A stretch of 64,000 nucleotides of DNA, from the NCBI RefSeq assembly GCF_003018255.1, contig NZ_CP027440.1; one strand, written 5' to 3'. Positions 10,278-20,635 of this stretch are shown one piece after another. The stretch comes from Escherichia coli. Lineage in GTDB: Bacteria; Pseudomonadota; Gammaproteobacteria; Enterobacterales; Enterobacteriaceae. How positions within the stretch are numbered: the first letter of the stretch is position 1; each line of letters begins with the position of its first letter. The notes below the pieces were generated by a model. It made no database searches. It saw nothing but the letters and a program-made list of their open reading frames with translations, and was not told where the DNA came from. The position numbers and the translations under genes are program-made.

Positions 10278-12257
10278 ATGAACATTTCGGAAGTCGATCT
10301 GCATAAACTGACGGTCAGCGATCCGTTCCTCGGTCAGTACCAACAACTGGTCCGCGATGTGGTGATTCCTTATCAGTGGGACGCCTTGAACGATCGTATC
10401 CCAGAAGCGGAACCCAGCCATGCGATTGAAAACTTTCGCATTGCCGCAGGACTGCAAGACGGTGAATTTTACGGGATGGTGTTTCAGGACAGCGACGTCG
10501 CCAAATGGCTGGAAGCGGTAGCCTGGTCGCTGTGCCAGAAGCCGGATGCCGAACTGGAAAAAACCGCTGACGAGGTGATTGAACTGATCGCCTCCGCCCA
10601 GTGCGAAGATGGCTATCTCAATGCTTACTTTACGGTAAAAGCGCCCGAAGAACGCTGGAGCAATCTGGCGGAGTGTCATGAACTTTACTGCGCCGGTCAT
10701 CTGATTGAAGCCGGAGTCGCCTTCTTCCAGGCCACGGGAAAACGGCGCTTGCTGGAAGTGGTTTGCCGTCTGGCCGATCATATCGACAGCGTATTTGGTC
10801 CAGGTGAAAGTAAGTTACACGGTTATCCTGGTCACCCGGAAATTGAACTGGCACTAATGCGCCTGTATGAAGTGACCGAAGAGCCGCGCTACCTGGCGCT
10901 GACGAACTATTTTGTCGAACAGCGTGGTGCGCAACCGCACTATTACGACCAGGAATATGAAAAGCGCGGGCAGACCTCGCACTGGCACACCTACGGCCCG
11001 GCGTGGATGGTGAAAGATAAAGCCTACAGCCAAGCGCATTTGCCCATCGCACAGCAACAAACCGCCATCGGACATACAGTACGCTTTGTATATCTGATGA
11101 CTGGCGTCGCACATCTCGCGCGTTTAAGTCACGATGAAAGCAAGCGTCAGGATTGCCTGCGGCTGTGGAACAATATGGCCCAGCGTCAGTTATATATTAC
11201 CGGCGGCATTGGCTCACAAAGCAGCGGCGAAGCGTTCAGCAGCGATTACGATCTGCCGAATGACACGGTTTACGCCGAAAGTTGTGCTTCCATCGGCCTG
11301 ATGATGTTCGCCCGGCGAATGCTGGAAATGGAAGGCGACAGTCAATATGCCGATGTGATGGAGCGCGCACTGTACAACACTGTGCTCGGCGGCATGGCGC
11401 TGGATGGCAAACATTTCTTCTACGTTAATCCGCTGGAAGTGCATCCAAAAACGTTAAAATTCAACCATATCTACGATCACGTTAAGCCGATCCGCCAGCG
11501 TTGGTTTGGTTGCGCTTGTTGTCCGCCAAATATCGCCCGCGTGCTAACCTCGATTGGTCATTATCTCTACACGCCGCGTGAAGATGCGTTGTATATCAAC
11601 ATCTACGCAGGAAACAGCATGGAAGTGCCGGTAGAAAATGGCACGCTGCGTCTGCGGGTTAGCGGAAACTATCCGTGGCAGGAACAGGTGACAATTGCGG
11701 TTGAATCGCCCCAGCCGGTGCGTCATACGCTGGCTTTACGTCTGCCGGACTGGTGCACACAGCCGCAGATCATATTGAATGGGGAAGAGGTCGAGCAGGA
11801 TATTCGTAAAGGGTATTTGCACATTACCCGCGAATGGCAGGAGGGCGACACGCTGAATCTGACTTTGCCAATGCCGGTACGTCGCGTTTACGGTAACCCT
11901 CTGGTGCGTCACGTCGCCGGAAAAGTGGCGATTCAGCGCGGCCCGCTGGTGTATTGCCTGGAACAGGCCGACAACGGCGAGTCACTGCATAATCTGTGGC
12001 TGCCCGCCGATGCGCCATTTACGACATTTGAAGGTAAGGGATTGTTCCGCCATAAGATCTTAATCCAGGCACCGGGTTATCGGTATGAACAGAGCAATCC
12101 AGAGCAGCAACCGCTGTGGCATTACGACAGCGCGCCAGCCAAACGCCAGCCGCAAACCCTGACCTTTATCCCGTGGTTTAGCTGGGCCAACCGGGGTGAA
12201 GGCGAAATGCGGATCTGGGTGAATGAGGAAAAGCATTGCCATCCGGAGGTTGGATAA
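10278..12257 (+). CDS. GH127-like (DUF1680) glycoside hydrolase, putative beta-L-arabinofuranosidase
   Basis: About 659 aa from the ATG at 10278 (AGGAGC RBS); cysteine cluster WFGCACCPPN resembles the Cys/Zn catalytic site of GH127 HypBA1-type enzymes; no signal peptide. Confidence 0.65.
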   Translation: MNISEVDLHKLTVSDPFLGQYQQLVRDVVIPYQWDALNDRIPEAEPSHAIENFRIAAGLQDGEFYGMVFQDSDVAKWLEAVAWSLCQKPDAELEKTADEVIELIASAQCEDGYLNAYFTVKAPEERWSNLAECHELYCAGHLIEAGVAFFQATGKRRLLEVVCRLADHIDSVFGPGESKLHGYPGHPEIELALMRLYEVTEEPRYLALTNYFVEQRGAQPHYYDQEYEKRGQTSHWHTYGPAWMVKDKAYSQAHLPIAQQQTAIGHTVRFVYLMTGVAHLARLSHDESKRQDCLRLWNNMAQRQLYITGGIGSQSSGEAFSSDYDLPNDTVYAESCASIGLMMFARRMLEMEGDSQYADVMERALYNTVLGGMALDGKHFFYVNPLEVHPKTLKFNHIYDHVKPIRQRWFGCACCPPNIARVLTSIGHYLYTPREDALYINIYAGNSMEVPVENGTLRLRVSGNYPWQEQVTIAVESPQPVRHTLALRLPDWCTQPQIILNGEEVEQDIRKGYLHITREWQEGDTLNLTLPMPVRRVYGNPLVRHVAGKVAIQRGPLVYCLEQADNGESLHNLWLPADAPFTTFEGKGLFRHKILIQAPGYRYEQSNPEQQPLWHYDSAPAKRQPQTLTFIPWFSWANRGEGEMRIWVNEEKHCHPEVG

Positions 12258-12261
12258 GGCG

Positions 12262-12375
12262 CTCGCGCCGCATCCAACGTAGGGAGCACATTGCCTGATG
12301 CGACGCTTAACGTGTCTTATCAGGCCCACGAGTCGGTGCGAGAGCGTAGGCCAGCCGCACCGACATCCACCGGTA
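12262..12375. repeat. REP-like palindromic element between convergent genes
   Basis: tgcctgatgcgacgcttaacgtgtcttatcaggcc-type imperfect palindrome, typical REP/IRU sequence; likely transcript-end structure. Confidence 0.4.
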
Positions 12376-12377
12376 AA

Positions 12378-13118
12378 TTAAAAACGCCAGCTCACGCCGG
12401 TGACAAAGGTAAAACTCTCATTACGATCAATCATCGGGCTGTCGGTAATCTCTTCCGGCAGCTCGCTGTATCCGGCGCTCGCCATCAATACGACGTGCTC
12501 TCCTATCGGGTATTTTGCCGTCAGGCTGACATAAGGCACCCAGGCATCCTGCGCGGAATAACTTGCCAGACCGCTACGACGGGACTCACTCTCTGAAATG
12601 CCATAGTAATAGTCACTGAAATTCTCGTCATAATAGAGAACGCCCAGCGCAGGTGTCAGCGACAGGCGACCTATCTGCATTTTGTGGAATACCGATAGCT
12701 CCCCCACCCAGCCGTTGCTGTTATCCAGAACGTCCGCAGCCGCAGAGGCTTTCACGGTTCCCCAACGCTCGTGGTGATACCAGGCAACCCCCGCCATAGC
12801 CGTACTATCACGCTTATCAAGCTGTTGCATGGCATAATCGTCATTATCGGTAGGGTCAAATTCCAGCGGCATCCAGGATGCGGTCAGGCTAAGTTCATTT
12901 TTTTCACTTTGCGACAGAATAAAACCTAACGTGGTCTGACGAACATAAAAAGTATCACCTTCATAACTAATCAGCGGAATTGCCTTTGTATTTTCATTAT
13001 AACCGCGATAAGGCGATTCATTATAAGCCGCACCAGCACCAATGGATAATTCAGAAGCAGTTGCGCTTGCCATAAAAGGCAACGCAAATAACGCCACAAT
13101 ATTGCGGTTAATTAACAT
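12378..13118 (-). CDS. yiaT: MipA/OmpV-family outer-membrane protein
   Basis: 246 aa, signal peptide (…ALPFMASATA), aromatic C-terminus (…SWRF) typical of OM beta-barrels; matches YiaT as recalled. Confidence 0.8.
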   Translation of the reverse strand: MLINRNIVALFALPFMASATASELSIGAGAAYNESPYRGYNENTKAIPLISYEGDTFYVRQTTLGFILSQSEKNELSLTASWMPLEFDPTDNDDYAMQQLDKRDSTAMAGVAWYHHERWGTVKASAAADVLDNSNGWVGELSVFHKMQIGRLSLTPALGVLYYDENFSDYYYGISESESRRSGLASYSAQDAWVPYVSLTAKYPIGEHVVLMASAGYSELPEEITDSPMIDRNESFTFVTGVSWRF

Positions 13119-13241
13119 GTCCGGTATTCCATTTTAAAATAAGATAAAAAAGAGTCGGCATAGTAATGCTTACAATTTCTCCGGTGCAAGATTCATATTT
13201 ATATAGTAATATATAAAATTATATATAATTGGGCTGTTGCG

Positions 13242-14216
13242 ATGACAAAATTACAACTTAAGTACCGGGAGTTAAAAATTATCTCGGTAATCGCTGCCAG
13301 TGAAAATATCAGCCATGCCGCGACTGTACTTGGCATCGCACAGGCCAACGTCAGCAAATATCTTGCTGATTTTGAATCAAAAGTGGGTTTAAAAGTCTTT
13401 GACCGAACCACCCGACAGCTGATGCTCACACCTTTTGGCACCGTGCTGTTACCGTATATCAACGACATGCTGGACAGAAACGAGCAGCTTAATAATTTTA
13501 TTGCAGATTATAAGCATGAGAAACGTGGTCGGGTCACTATCTATGCACCAACCGGCATAATTACCTATTTATCCAAACATGTAATCGATAAAATTAAAGA
13601 TATCGGTGATATCACCTTATCGCTAAAAACCTGCAATCTTGAGCGTAATGCCTTTTATGAAGGCGTCGAATTTCCCGATGATTGTGATGTTTTAATCAGC
13701 TACGCCCAACCAAAAGATGAATCGCTGGTTGCCAGTTTTATTACCCAATATGCCGTAACCGCTTATGCCAGCCAGCGCTATCTTGAGAAACATCCCATTA
13801 GCCGTCCTGACGAACTCGAACATCACTCCTGTATTTTGATCGACTCGATGATGATCGACGACGCGAATATCTGGCGCTTCAACGTCGCCGGGAGTAAAGA
13901 GGTGCGGGATTATCGCGTGAAGGGAAATTACGTTTGCGACAACACGCAATCTGCGCTGGAGCTGGCACGAAATCACCTGGGGATTGTGTTTGCGCCAGAC
14001 AAAAGTGTGCAGAGCGACCTGCAAGACGGCACGCTGGTGCCCTGCTTTCAGCACCCGTATGAATGGTGGCTGGATCTGGTGGCTATCTTCCGTAAACGGG
14101 AATACCAGCCCTGGCGGGTCCAGTATGTGCTGGATGAAATGCTGCGTGAAATTCGCCACCAGCTTGCTCAGTCGCAGCAACTGCGGCCTGAACAAGCGGC
14201 GGAAAGCGAAGATTAA
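13242..14216 (+). CDS. yiaU: LysR-family transcriptional regulator
   Basis: 324 aa; N-terminal HTH (…[23 protein letters not shown]…) plus LysR substrate-binding region. Confidence 0.8.
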   Translation: MTKLQLKYRELKIISVIAASENISHAATVLGIAQANVSKYLADFESKVGLKVFDRTTRQLMLTPFGTVLLPYINDMLDRNEQLNNFIADYKHEKRGRVTIYAPTGIITYLSKHVIDKIKDIGDITLSLKTCNLERNAFYEGVEFPDDCDVLISYAQPKDESLVASFITQYAVTAYASQRYLEKHPISRPDELEHHSCILIDSMMIDDANIWRFNVAGSKEVRDYRVKGNYVCDNTQSALELARNHLGIVFAPDKSVQSDLQDGTLVPCFQHPYEWWLDLVAIFRKREYQPWRVQYVLDEMLREIRHQLAQSQQLRPEQAAESED

Positions 14217-15349
14217 TGATCGAGATAAAGGTAATGCACCCAGCTGGTCATGCGTAACAGTACTTTGCGCATCACCGAGACATGGCTGAAATGATCAGAA
14301 TAGACCGCCACCTGGGCGTAAATACCGTCTGGTAATGCGCTCAAATCAGTATGCTCATCCAGTTCAATGGTCGCGATAACGCCATCTGAACCCGGCGCTG
14401 TGTTTAACGTCTGTAAGGTGCCGGTCGACTGATAAGCTCCACCGGGAACAGCTGGACTAATGGCTGCCAGCTTACCGCTGAACACTTTGCCTGGCAGAGC
14501 GTTAAATACCACTTCCGCATCATCGCCGGGAGCCAGGCGCAGCAAGGAGTTCTGACGGAACTGCGCCACGATTTGTCGTTTCTGATCGGGTATAAACACC
14601 ATCACCGGACGTAGCGGCAGCGACGCGGCATAGGTACCCGGACGAATCAGCACCTGGGTCACATAACCATCGCTCGGCGCACGCACTATCGTCTGCTCAA
14701 GGTTATATTTTGCTTCCGCGAGCTGCGCTTTCAGGCTGGCGATTTGAGAATGTTCACCCAACACCAGGCTATCCAGCTGGCTCTGGATCTGTTTTTGTTC
14801 CGCCGCCGCTGATTTTACGGAGGCTTCCTGCGCCAGATAATTTTGCCGCGCCACATCGATATCGCGTTCTGAAAACGGGTTTACTTTCGCCTGGCTGCCA
14901 CGTGCGTAACGCTGATACTCTTTAGCGAACTTATCCCGCGTGGCCTTTGCCTGCTGAGTATTCGCCGCCATCTCATCTAACTCTGCGCCCAACGCCCGCT
15001 GTTTATGTTCTGCGGTAACGATATCCGCCATCAGCCGATCCACCCGAGCCTGATAACGCGTCGGGTCCAGTCGAAATAGCACCTCACCTTTTTTAATCAG
15101 CGTATTTTTCTTGTCCGTCACTTCGATCACCACGCCTGTCACCTGTGGGACAACAGGAATAGAAATAACCGCTTTTTGCGCTTTAAAGGTATACGGATGG
15201 TTATAGTTCATTAACAGAATTAGACCGCTGACAATAAATATGCCTCCCAGGGCCGCTGTGGGAATGGTCCATTTATTTACAGGAATTTTGAAGATCTTAA
15301 ACATTGCCCATGCGAAAGCCACATAGGTTAAAATAATCAGTAAATCCAT
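14213..15349 (-). CDS. yiaV: HlyD-family membrane-fusion-like protein
   Basis: 378 aa; N-terminal TM, coiled-coil middle, beta-rich C-terminus; about 80% identical to the second copy at 30765..31901. Confidence 0.8.
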   Translation of the reverse strand: MDLLIILTYVAFAWAMFKIFKIPVNKWTIPTAALGGIFIVSGLILLMNYNHPYTFKAQKAVISIPVVPQVTGVVIEVTDKKNTLIKKGEVLFRLDPTRYQARVDRLMADIVTAEHKQRALGAELDEMAANTQQAKATRDKFAKEYQRYARGSQAKVNPFSERDIDVARQNYLAQEASVKSAAAEQKQIQSQLDSLVLGEHSQIASLKAQLAEAKYNLEQTIVRAPSDGYVTQVLIRPGTYAASLPLRPVMVFIPDQKRQIVAQFRQNSLLRLAPGDDAEVVFNALPGKVFSGKLAAISPAVPGGAYQSTGTLQTLNTAPGSDGVIATIELDEHTDLSALPDGIYAQVAVYSDHFSHVSVMRKVLLRMTSWVHYLYLDH

Positions 15350-15354
15350 AAGTA

Positions 15355-15678
15355 TTACTCGGCAGAAGAGGATTTGATGTCAGCGAGCTGTTTCTCCAGC
15401 CCGGCAATACGCTGTTGTAGTTGCACAACGGAGGAGTCATGGTTTTGCATTCCCCATCCACGCTCCGGGCGGTAAAGCGTGGCCCAAATCCACAAAAATG
15501 GCCAGATAACATGTAACGTAAAAAGACTCACCCAACCAGCAACATGAATGGCGTCGGCATGAGGATGATTACGTTTTTTGGCAATCAGGTAGGGAACATC
15601 ATGTAAAATAATAATCCCATAGAATATCACCAGAAATACAAAAATAAGCACTCCCAATGCAAAATAATCCAGGAACAT
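15355..15678 (-). CDS. yiaW: DUF3302-type small inner-membrane protein
   Basis: Start placed at MFLDYF… by analogy with the paralog at 31904..32266 (MFLNYF…); ORF-track frame extends to 15708. Confidence 0.75.
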   Translation of the reverse strand: MFLDYFALGVLIFVFLVIFYGIIILHDVPYLIAKKRNHPHADAIHVAGWVSLFTLHVIWPFLWIWATLYRPERGWGMQNHDSSVVQLQQRIAGLEKQLADIKSSSAE

Positions 15679-16108
15679 ATTTCCCTCAGAGAATATAGAA
15701 AAGAACAATTAACGCATATTATGAAATACCATAATGCGGTGCAATTTCCTTATTTATATAACGACATATTGTTTTTTATATACTTTCTGAAGTGTGCAGC
15801 CTGGCTTTTCAACAGTGCGAGGCTTATCATATTGAAATAATGGAACTATTGGCCAAACTAATGAATAACTCCAGTAAAACATCCACAGTACAGATTAAGC
15901 GTATTAAACCTTCAATTATCTACCGTTTATTGCTGATTGGCCTCGGAACGCCAATGGTGATTTATGGCCTGGTTCGCCCGCTCACCATCGAAACGCGAGA
16001 TTAAACTCCTGGCAAAACACGCCCCAGAAACGCACTTCTGTTGACGTAGTCTGGGTTATTGCGCACGTAGGTTTAAAACGTAAATTGTAACAACGTGCGC
16101 TTTGTTTA

Positions 16109-16192
16109 TGCCGGATGCGGCGTGTACGCCTTATCCGGCCTACGGTCAGGTCCCCGTAGGCATGATAAGACGCGTAAGCGTCGCATCAGGCA
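16109..16192. repeat. BIME (two inverted REP elements) downstream of aldB
   Basis: gccggatgcggcgtgtacgccttatccggcctac and the inverted copy cataagacgcgtaagcgtcgcatcaggc; canonical E. coli REP sequence. Confidence 0.6.
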
Positions 16193-16222
16193 ATGAATAC
16201 CCAATGCGACCAGCTTCTTATA

Positions 16223-17761
16223 TCAGAACAGCCCCAACGGTTTATCCGAGTAGCTCACCAGCAGGCACTTGGTTTGCTGGTAATGCTCAAGCATCATCTT
16301 GTGGGTTTCGCGTCCGATGCCCGACTGTTTGTAGCCACCAAACGCCGCATGTGCCGGGTAAGCGTGATAACAATTGGTCCACACGCGCCCTGCCTGTATG
16401 CCGCGCCCCATCTTATAGGCAAGATTACCGTTGCGGCTCCAGACGCCCGCGCCCAGGCCATATTGCGTATCGTTCGCCAGCTCCAGCGCTTCTTCCATCG
16501 TTTTGAAGGTGGTCACCGCCAGCACCGGGCCAAAAATCTCCTCCTGGAACACGCGCATATTGTTCTGACCAAACAAAATCGTCGGTTCGAGGTAGTAGCC
16601 GTCTTTCAGTTCACCTTCCAGCAGCTTGCGCCGCCCGCCAGTGAGCACGTCTGCGCCCTCTTTTTTACCGATATCAATGTAGTTGAGGATGGTTTCCAGT
16701 TGCCCGTGAGAAACCTGCGCCCCCATTTGCGTCACGCTGTCGAGCGGGTTACCGCTGCGAATGCTTTCGACACGGCGGATGGCGCGTTCCATAAAGCGTT
16801 CGTAGATAGACTCCTGCACTAAAGCACGGCTTGGACAGGTGCAAACTTCGCCCTGGTTAAAGGCAAACAGTGCAAAGCCTTCCAGCGCTTTATCGAAAAA
16901 GGCATCTTCTTCATCCATTACGTCAGCAAAGAAGATATTTGGCGATTTGCCACCCAGCTCCAGCGTCACCGGAATAATGTTTTGCGTGGCGTATTGCATA
17001 ATTTGTTGGCCCACTTCCGTTGAGCCGGTAAACGCCACTTTGGCGATGCGTTTCGAGGTCGCCAGATATTCGCCAATTTCCCCACCTGCGCCGTTGACCA
17101 CGTTCACCACGCCCGGCGGCAGTAAATCACCGACGATTTCCATTAGCAGCAGTACAGAAAGCGGGGTAAGACGTGCGGGTTTCAGCACCACACAGTTGCC
17201 CGCCGCCAGCGCGGGAGCCATTTTCCAGCTCGCCATCAGCAGCGGGAAGTTCCACGGAATAATCTGCCCCACCACGCCTAACGGCTCATGGAAATGATAG
17301 GCCACGGTTTCGCTATCAACTTCACTGATCCCACCTTCCTGCGCCCGAATACACGAGGCAAAATAGCGAAAATGATCAATCGCCAGCGGCACATCAGCAG
17401 CACTGGTTTCGCGAATGGGTTTGCCGTTATCCCAGGTTTCAGCGGTCGCTAACAGTTCAAGGTTTTGTTCCATTCGATCGGCAATCTTAAACAGAATCGC
17501 CGCACGATCCTGCACCGAGGTGTGCGCCCATTTATCTTTCACTTTGTGCGCAGCATCCAGCGCCAGATCGATGTCTCGTTTGCCCGAAGACGCCACTTCG
17601 CACAGCAGCTGCCCGGTCACCGGCGTCAGGTTCTGGTAATACTCGCCATCGGCAGGCGCTACCCATTCGCCACCGATAAAGTTGTCGTAGCGGGCTTTTA
17701 ATTTGAGGGGGAAACCATACTCGCCGGGCTTAATCTGTGCTGAAGGGGGATTATTGGTCAT
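16223..17761 (-). CDS. aldB: NADP-dependent aldehyde dehydrogenase B
   Basis: 512 aa from [17 protein letters not shown]… (GGAGACG RBS); ALDH-family sequence. The ORF-track frame extends 30 codons further upstream. Confidence 0.9.
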   Translation of the reverse strand: MTNNPPSAQIKPGEYGFPLKLKARYDNFIGGEWVAPADGEYYQNLTPVTGQLLCEVASSGKRDIDLALDAAHKVKDKWAHTSVQDRAAILFKIADRMEQNLELLATAETWDNGKPIRETSAADVPLAIDHFRYFASCIRAQEGGISEVDSETVAYHFHEPLGVVGQIIPWNFPLLMASWKMAPALAAGNCVVLKPARLTPLSVLLLMEIVGDLLPPGVVNVVNGAGGEIGEYLATSKRIAKVAFTGSTEVGQQIMQYATQNIIPVTLELGGKSPNIFFADVMDEEDAFFDKALEGFALFAFNQGEVCTCPSRALVQESIYERFMERAIRRVESIRSGNPLDSVTQMGAQVSHGQLETILNYIDIGKKEGADVLTGGRRKLLEGELKDGYYLEPTILFGQNNMRVFQEEIFGPVLAVTTFKTMEEALELANDTQYGLGAGVWSRNGNLAYKMGRGIQAGRVWTNCYHAYPAHAAFGGYKQSGIGRETHKMMLEHYQQTKCLLVSYSDKPLGLF

Positions 17762-17868
17762 GATCGTCTCCTTGCGGTGTGAGGTATAACAAGGGTAGAC
17801 GTGACTGGCGAAATCTTCGCCAGTCGGTAACAGCTTTACGACGGCTATCACGAATTTACGGGCAAAAG

Positions 17869-19164
17869 CTACAGCGGGTAGTGTGCGACGTACACGGCTT
17901 GCTGGTTATTAATTCTTTTCTCTTGCGCGAATCCTTCTTTAACAATTGTCCGTAAATCAGCTCGAGCCGTATTATCAGAGACGCCCAAGCTCGCGCTAAT
18001 TTCAGCAACTGTGTACTCTTTCCCCGGATTGGCGAGCATCACATTCAGGAGCGTTACCTGGCGCGGATTCAGGCGTTTAAGCACACCAGAGCTAAACAGC
18101 ACACTATCGAGTTTTGCGCTTCGTTGTGTAATTTCATCGATATGCTGCTGCCAGTTTTGCAGAGCACGTTTAATGACACCCGCCTGATATTCAAGGAAAT
18201 AAGTCAGATCCATACCATCTGATTCAGTGTACTGGTAGCTGGCGGCATATTTGACCGGTGCAGCATGAAGCAAACGGCTGATGGAAATATATTTAAAGAC
18301 ATCGTAGCCCGATTTCAGCATATACCAGTAAAACAGCGCCCGACTGGTGCGCCCGTTGCCATCGCGAAACGGATGTTCATGGGCCAGCATAAAATGCAGA
18401 ATGCAGGCACGGACCAACGGATGAATATACCCTTCATGGCTGTTTAACCACTGGCAAACTTTTTCCAGCCGTTCCGGTAACAATGCCGCAGCGGGCGGTT
18501 GATGCACTATATTGCCATCATAGTCGGCGATCACAACATCATCTGTTTCACGAAATTCTCCCGGACGATATTTCGCGTCATTGATTCCACCCATACCAAT
18601 GGCATGTAACTGGCGAATAAGCGCAGGTGTCAGCGGTTCTGCGAGTAAGTGCGGAATTTCCGCCATCAGCCGGGCATTTCCCGCAATCATATGCTCGTCT
18701 TCAGTGCGTGGCGACCGCCCTGTTTCCAGCATTTTTCTCGCCACCAGCGTTGTAGTATTCGCACCTTCCAGTTGGGAACTGGTGATCGGCTCTTCCAGGC
18801 GTAACTGACTTAACTCGGCGCCCGCCCCGCGTAACCGTTCAGTCTGATCTTTCAGCGCCAGTGCAGTGGCATGTTTATCAACAAGCTCGCACGCTTCTGC
18901 AATCACCGGCGTAATGTTGAATCCGGCCTGTTCACCCGCTTCATTGCAATAATTAATTCGTTGGATCGCCGCGTTGCGCGCCAGACGGGTAAGCGTCCAC
19001 GCCACATCGACGTTTTCTCCTTTTTTGATGCGGTACTGCAGCTCATCAAAAGGCAGATAACGTCCTTTTTCATCGGTAACCCGGTTAAAGCGCAGGTGGG
19101 CCAGGAGTTCCTCACCCGATAAGTGTGATAAAGGAATAAGTCCGGGAGGTGATTTGATAGCCAT
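17869..19164 (-). CDS. Fic-domain protein (class II, with C-terminal winged-helix-like region)
   Basis: 431 aa; canonical Fic motif [14 protein letters not shown]; candidate inhibitory motif SSQLEG (S/TxxxEG/N) N-terminal to it; about 110 aa of C-terminal extension. Confidence 0.8.
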   Translation of the reverse strand: MAIKSPPGLIPLSHLSGEELLAHLRFNRVTDEKGRYLPFDELQYRIKKGENVDVAWTLTRLARNAAIQRINYCNEAGEQAGFNITPVIAEACELVDKHATALALKDQTERLRGAGAELSQLRLEEPITSSQLEGANTTTLVARKMLETGRSPRTEDEHMIAGNARLMAEIPHLLAEPLTPALIRQLHAIGMGGINDAKYRPGEFRETDDVVIADYDGNIVHQPPAAALLPERLEKVCQWLNSHEGYIHPLVRACILHFMLAHEHPFRDGNGRTSRALFYWYMLKSGYDVFKYISISRLLHAAPVKYAASYQYTESDGMDLTYFLEYQAGVIKRALQNWQQHIDEITQRSAKLDSVLFSSGVLKRLNPRQVTLLNVMLANPGKEYTVAEISASLGVSDNTARADLRTIVKEGFAQEKRINNQQAVYVAHYPL

Positions 19165-19169
19165 GTGCT

Positions 19170-19248
19170 TATCTCAAAAAAGCGCAATATTGAGATAGTG
19201 TATAGCAGGAAAGAGAAACTATCTCAAAAATCGCAAATTTTGAGATAG
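19170..19248. promoter_or_regulatory. Two tandem palindromes (arms CTATCTCAA/TTGAGATAG, 12-bp spacer, about 49 bp apart) immediately upstream of the Fic gene
   Basis: tatctcaaaaaagcgcaatattgagata at about 19170..19198 and ctatctcaaaaatcgcaaattttgagatag at about 19219..19248; the first begins 6 bp from the Fic start codon. Confidence 0.5.
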
Positions 19249-19251
19249 TTT

Positions 19252-19278
19252 AAAAAATGGCTGACAATTAGACAGCCA
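19252..19278 (-). terminator. Putative rho-independent terminator of yiaY
   Basis: Near-perfect 21-bp palindrome tggctgacaattagacagcca just past the yiaY stop, followed on the minus strand by a T6 run (plus-strand aaaaaa at about 19252..19257). Confidence 0.5.
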
Positions 19279-19293
19279 TTGTGGGAATGATGA

Positions 19294-20445
19294 TTACATC
19301 GCTGCGCGATAAATCGCCATAATTTCTTCGTGAGTTGCCTGAATCGGGTTAGTAAACCCACACGCATCTTTCAGGGCATTGGTTGCCAGCACTGGAATAT
19401 CTTCTTCTTTCACGTTCAGGTCACGCAGGCCTGCCGGGATATTCACTTTCTTCGCCAGTTCACGGATGGCATTGATGCACGCTTCTGCGCCTTCCGCGTC
19501 ATTTTTGCCTGTCACGTTAACGCCCATGGCAGCAGCACAGTCACGCAGACGCGCAGCAGCGACTTTGCTGTTGAACACCTGAACGTGTGGCAGCAGAACG
19601 GCATTACATACACCATGTGGCAGGTTGTAGAAACCGCCCAGTTGGTGCGCCATCGCATGAACATAACCAAGAGATGCGTTGTTGAATGCCATGCCAGCGA
19701 GGAACTGGGCATAAGCCATTGCTTCACGCGCTTTAGCATTGCTGCCATCTTCAACGGCTAACGGCAGGTTTTCGGCAATCATGGTCACGGCTTTCAGTGC
19801 GCAAGCGTCAGTGATCGGCGTGGCGGCAATAGAAACATACGCTTCGATAGCGTGCGTTAAGGCATCCATACCCGTTGCGGCGGTCAGTGACTTCGGCATA
19901 CCGACCATCAGAGATGAGTCATTGACAGAAAGCAACGGAGTTACATGTTTATCAACAATCGCCATTTTGATATGACGCGCTTCGTCAGTGATGATGCAGA
20001 AACGGGTCATTTCAGAGGCCGTACCCGCCGTGGTATTGATGGCGATCATCGGCAGCTGCGGTTTTGCAGAGCGGTCAACGCCTTCGTAATCGCGAATATC
20101 GCCGCCATTGGCTGCCACCAGCGCAATACCTTTTGCGCAGTCGTGCGGAGAACCACCGCCTAAGGAGATCACGCTATCGCAATTATTTTCTTTAAGTAAT
20201 TTTAAACCTTCGGCGACGTTTTCCGTGGTGGGGTTAGGTTGGGTGCCATCATAAATAACGCTAAAAATATTGCGTTCTTCCAGTGCTTTTTGCACATCAC
20301 CCGCCATACCCAATTTCGTTAACATGTTGTCGGTGACAATTAAGGTACGGGTAAATCCATAATCTGCCATCATATTCATTGCATCATTCAATGAATCAGC
20401 ACCAATAACATTCACGGAAGGAATAAAAAAGGTTGAAGCTGCCAT
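19294..20445 (-). CDS. yiaY: Iron-containing (group III) alcohol dehydrogenase
   Basis: 383 aa, Fe-ADH family sequence; position between aldB and selB. Confidence 0.85.
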   Translation of the reverse strand: MAASTFFIPSVNVIGADSLNDAMNMMADYGFTRTLIVTDNMLTKLGMAGDVQKALEERNIFSVIYDGTQPNPTTENVAEGLKLLKENNCDSVISLGGGSPHDCAKGIALVAANGGDIRDYEGVDRSAKPQLPMIAINTTAGTASEMTRFCIITDEARHIKMAIVDKHVTPLLSVNDSSLMVGMPKSLTAATGMDALTHAIEAYVSIAATPITDACALKAVTMIAENLPLAVEDGSNAKAREAMAYAQFLAGMAFNNASLGYVHAMAHQLGGFYNLPHGVCNAVLLPHVQVFNSKVAAARLRDCAAAMGVNVTGKNDAEGAEACINAIRELAKKVNIPAGLRDLNVKEEDIPVLATNALKDACGFTNPIQATHEEIMAIYRAAM

Positions 20446-20635
20446 AACACACTCCTGAAAGTGTAAAAAAGGGCGGGCAGCTTACTGAGGATTTTCATTT
20501 GAAAATATGATCAACATTACCGTTTATTAAAATATTTTTAATAAAAAGCACGTTACATTCATTAAATAACGTGCCTTCTTAACATTAATAAGAAATTTTG
20601 TATTAATTCATATTTATTATGAATTAATCATTTCC

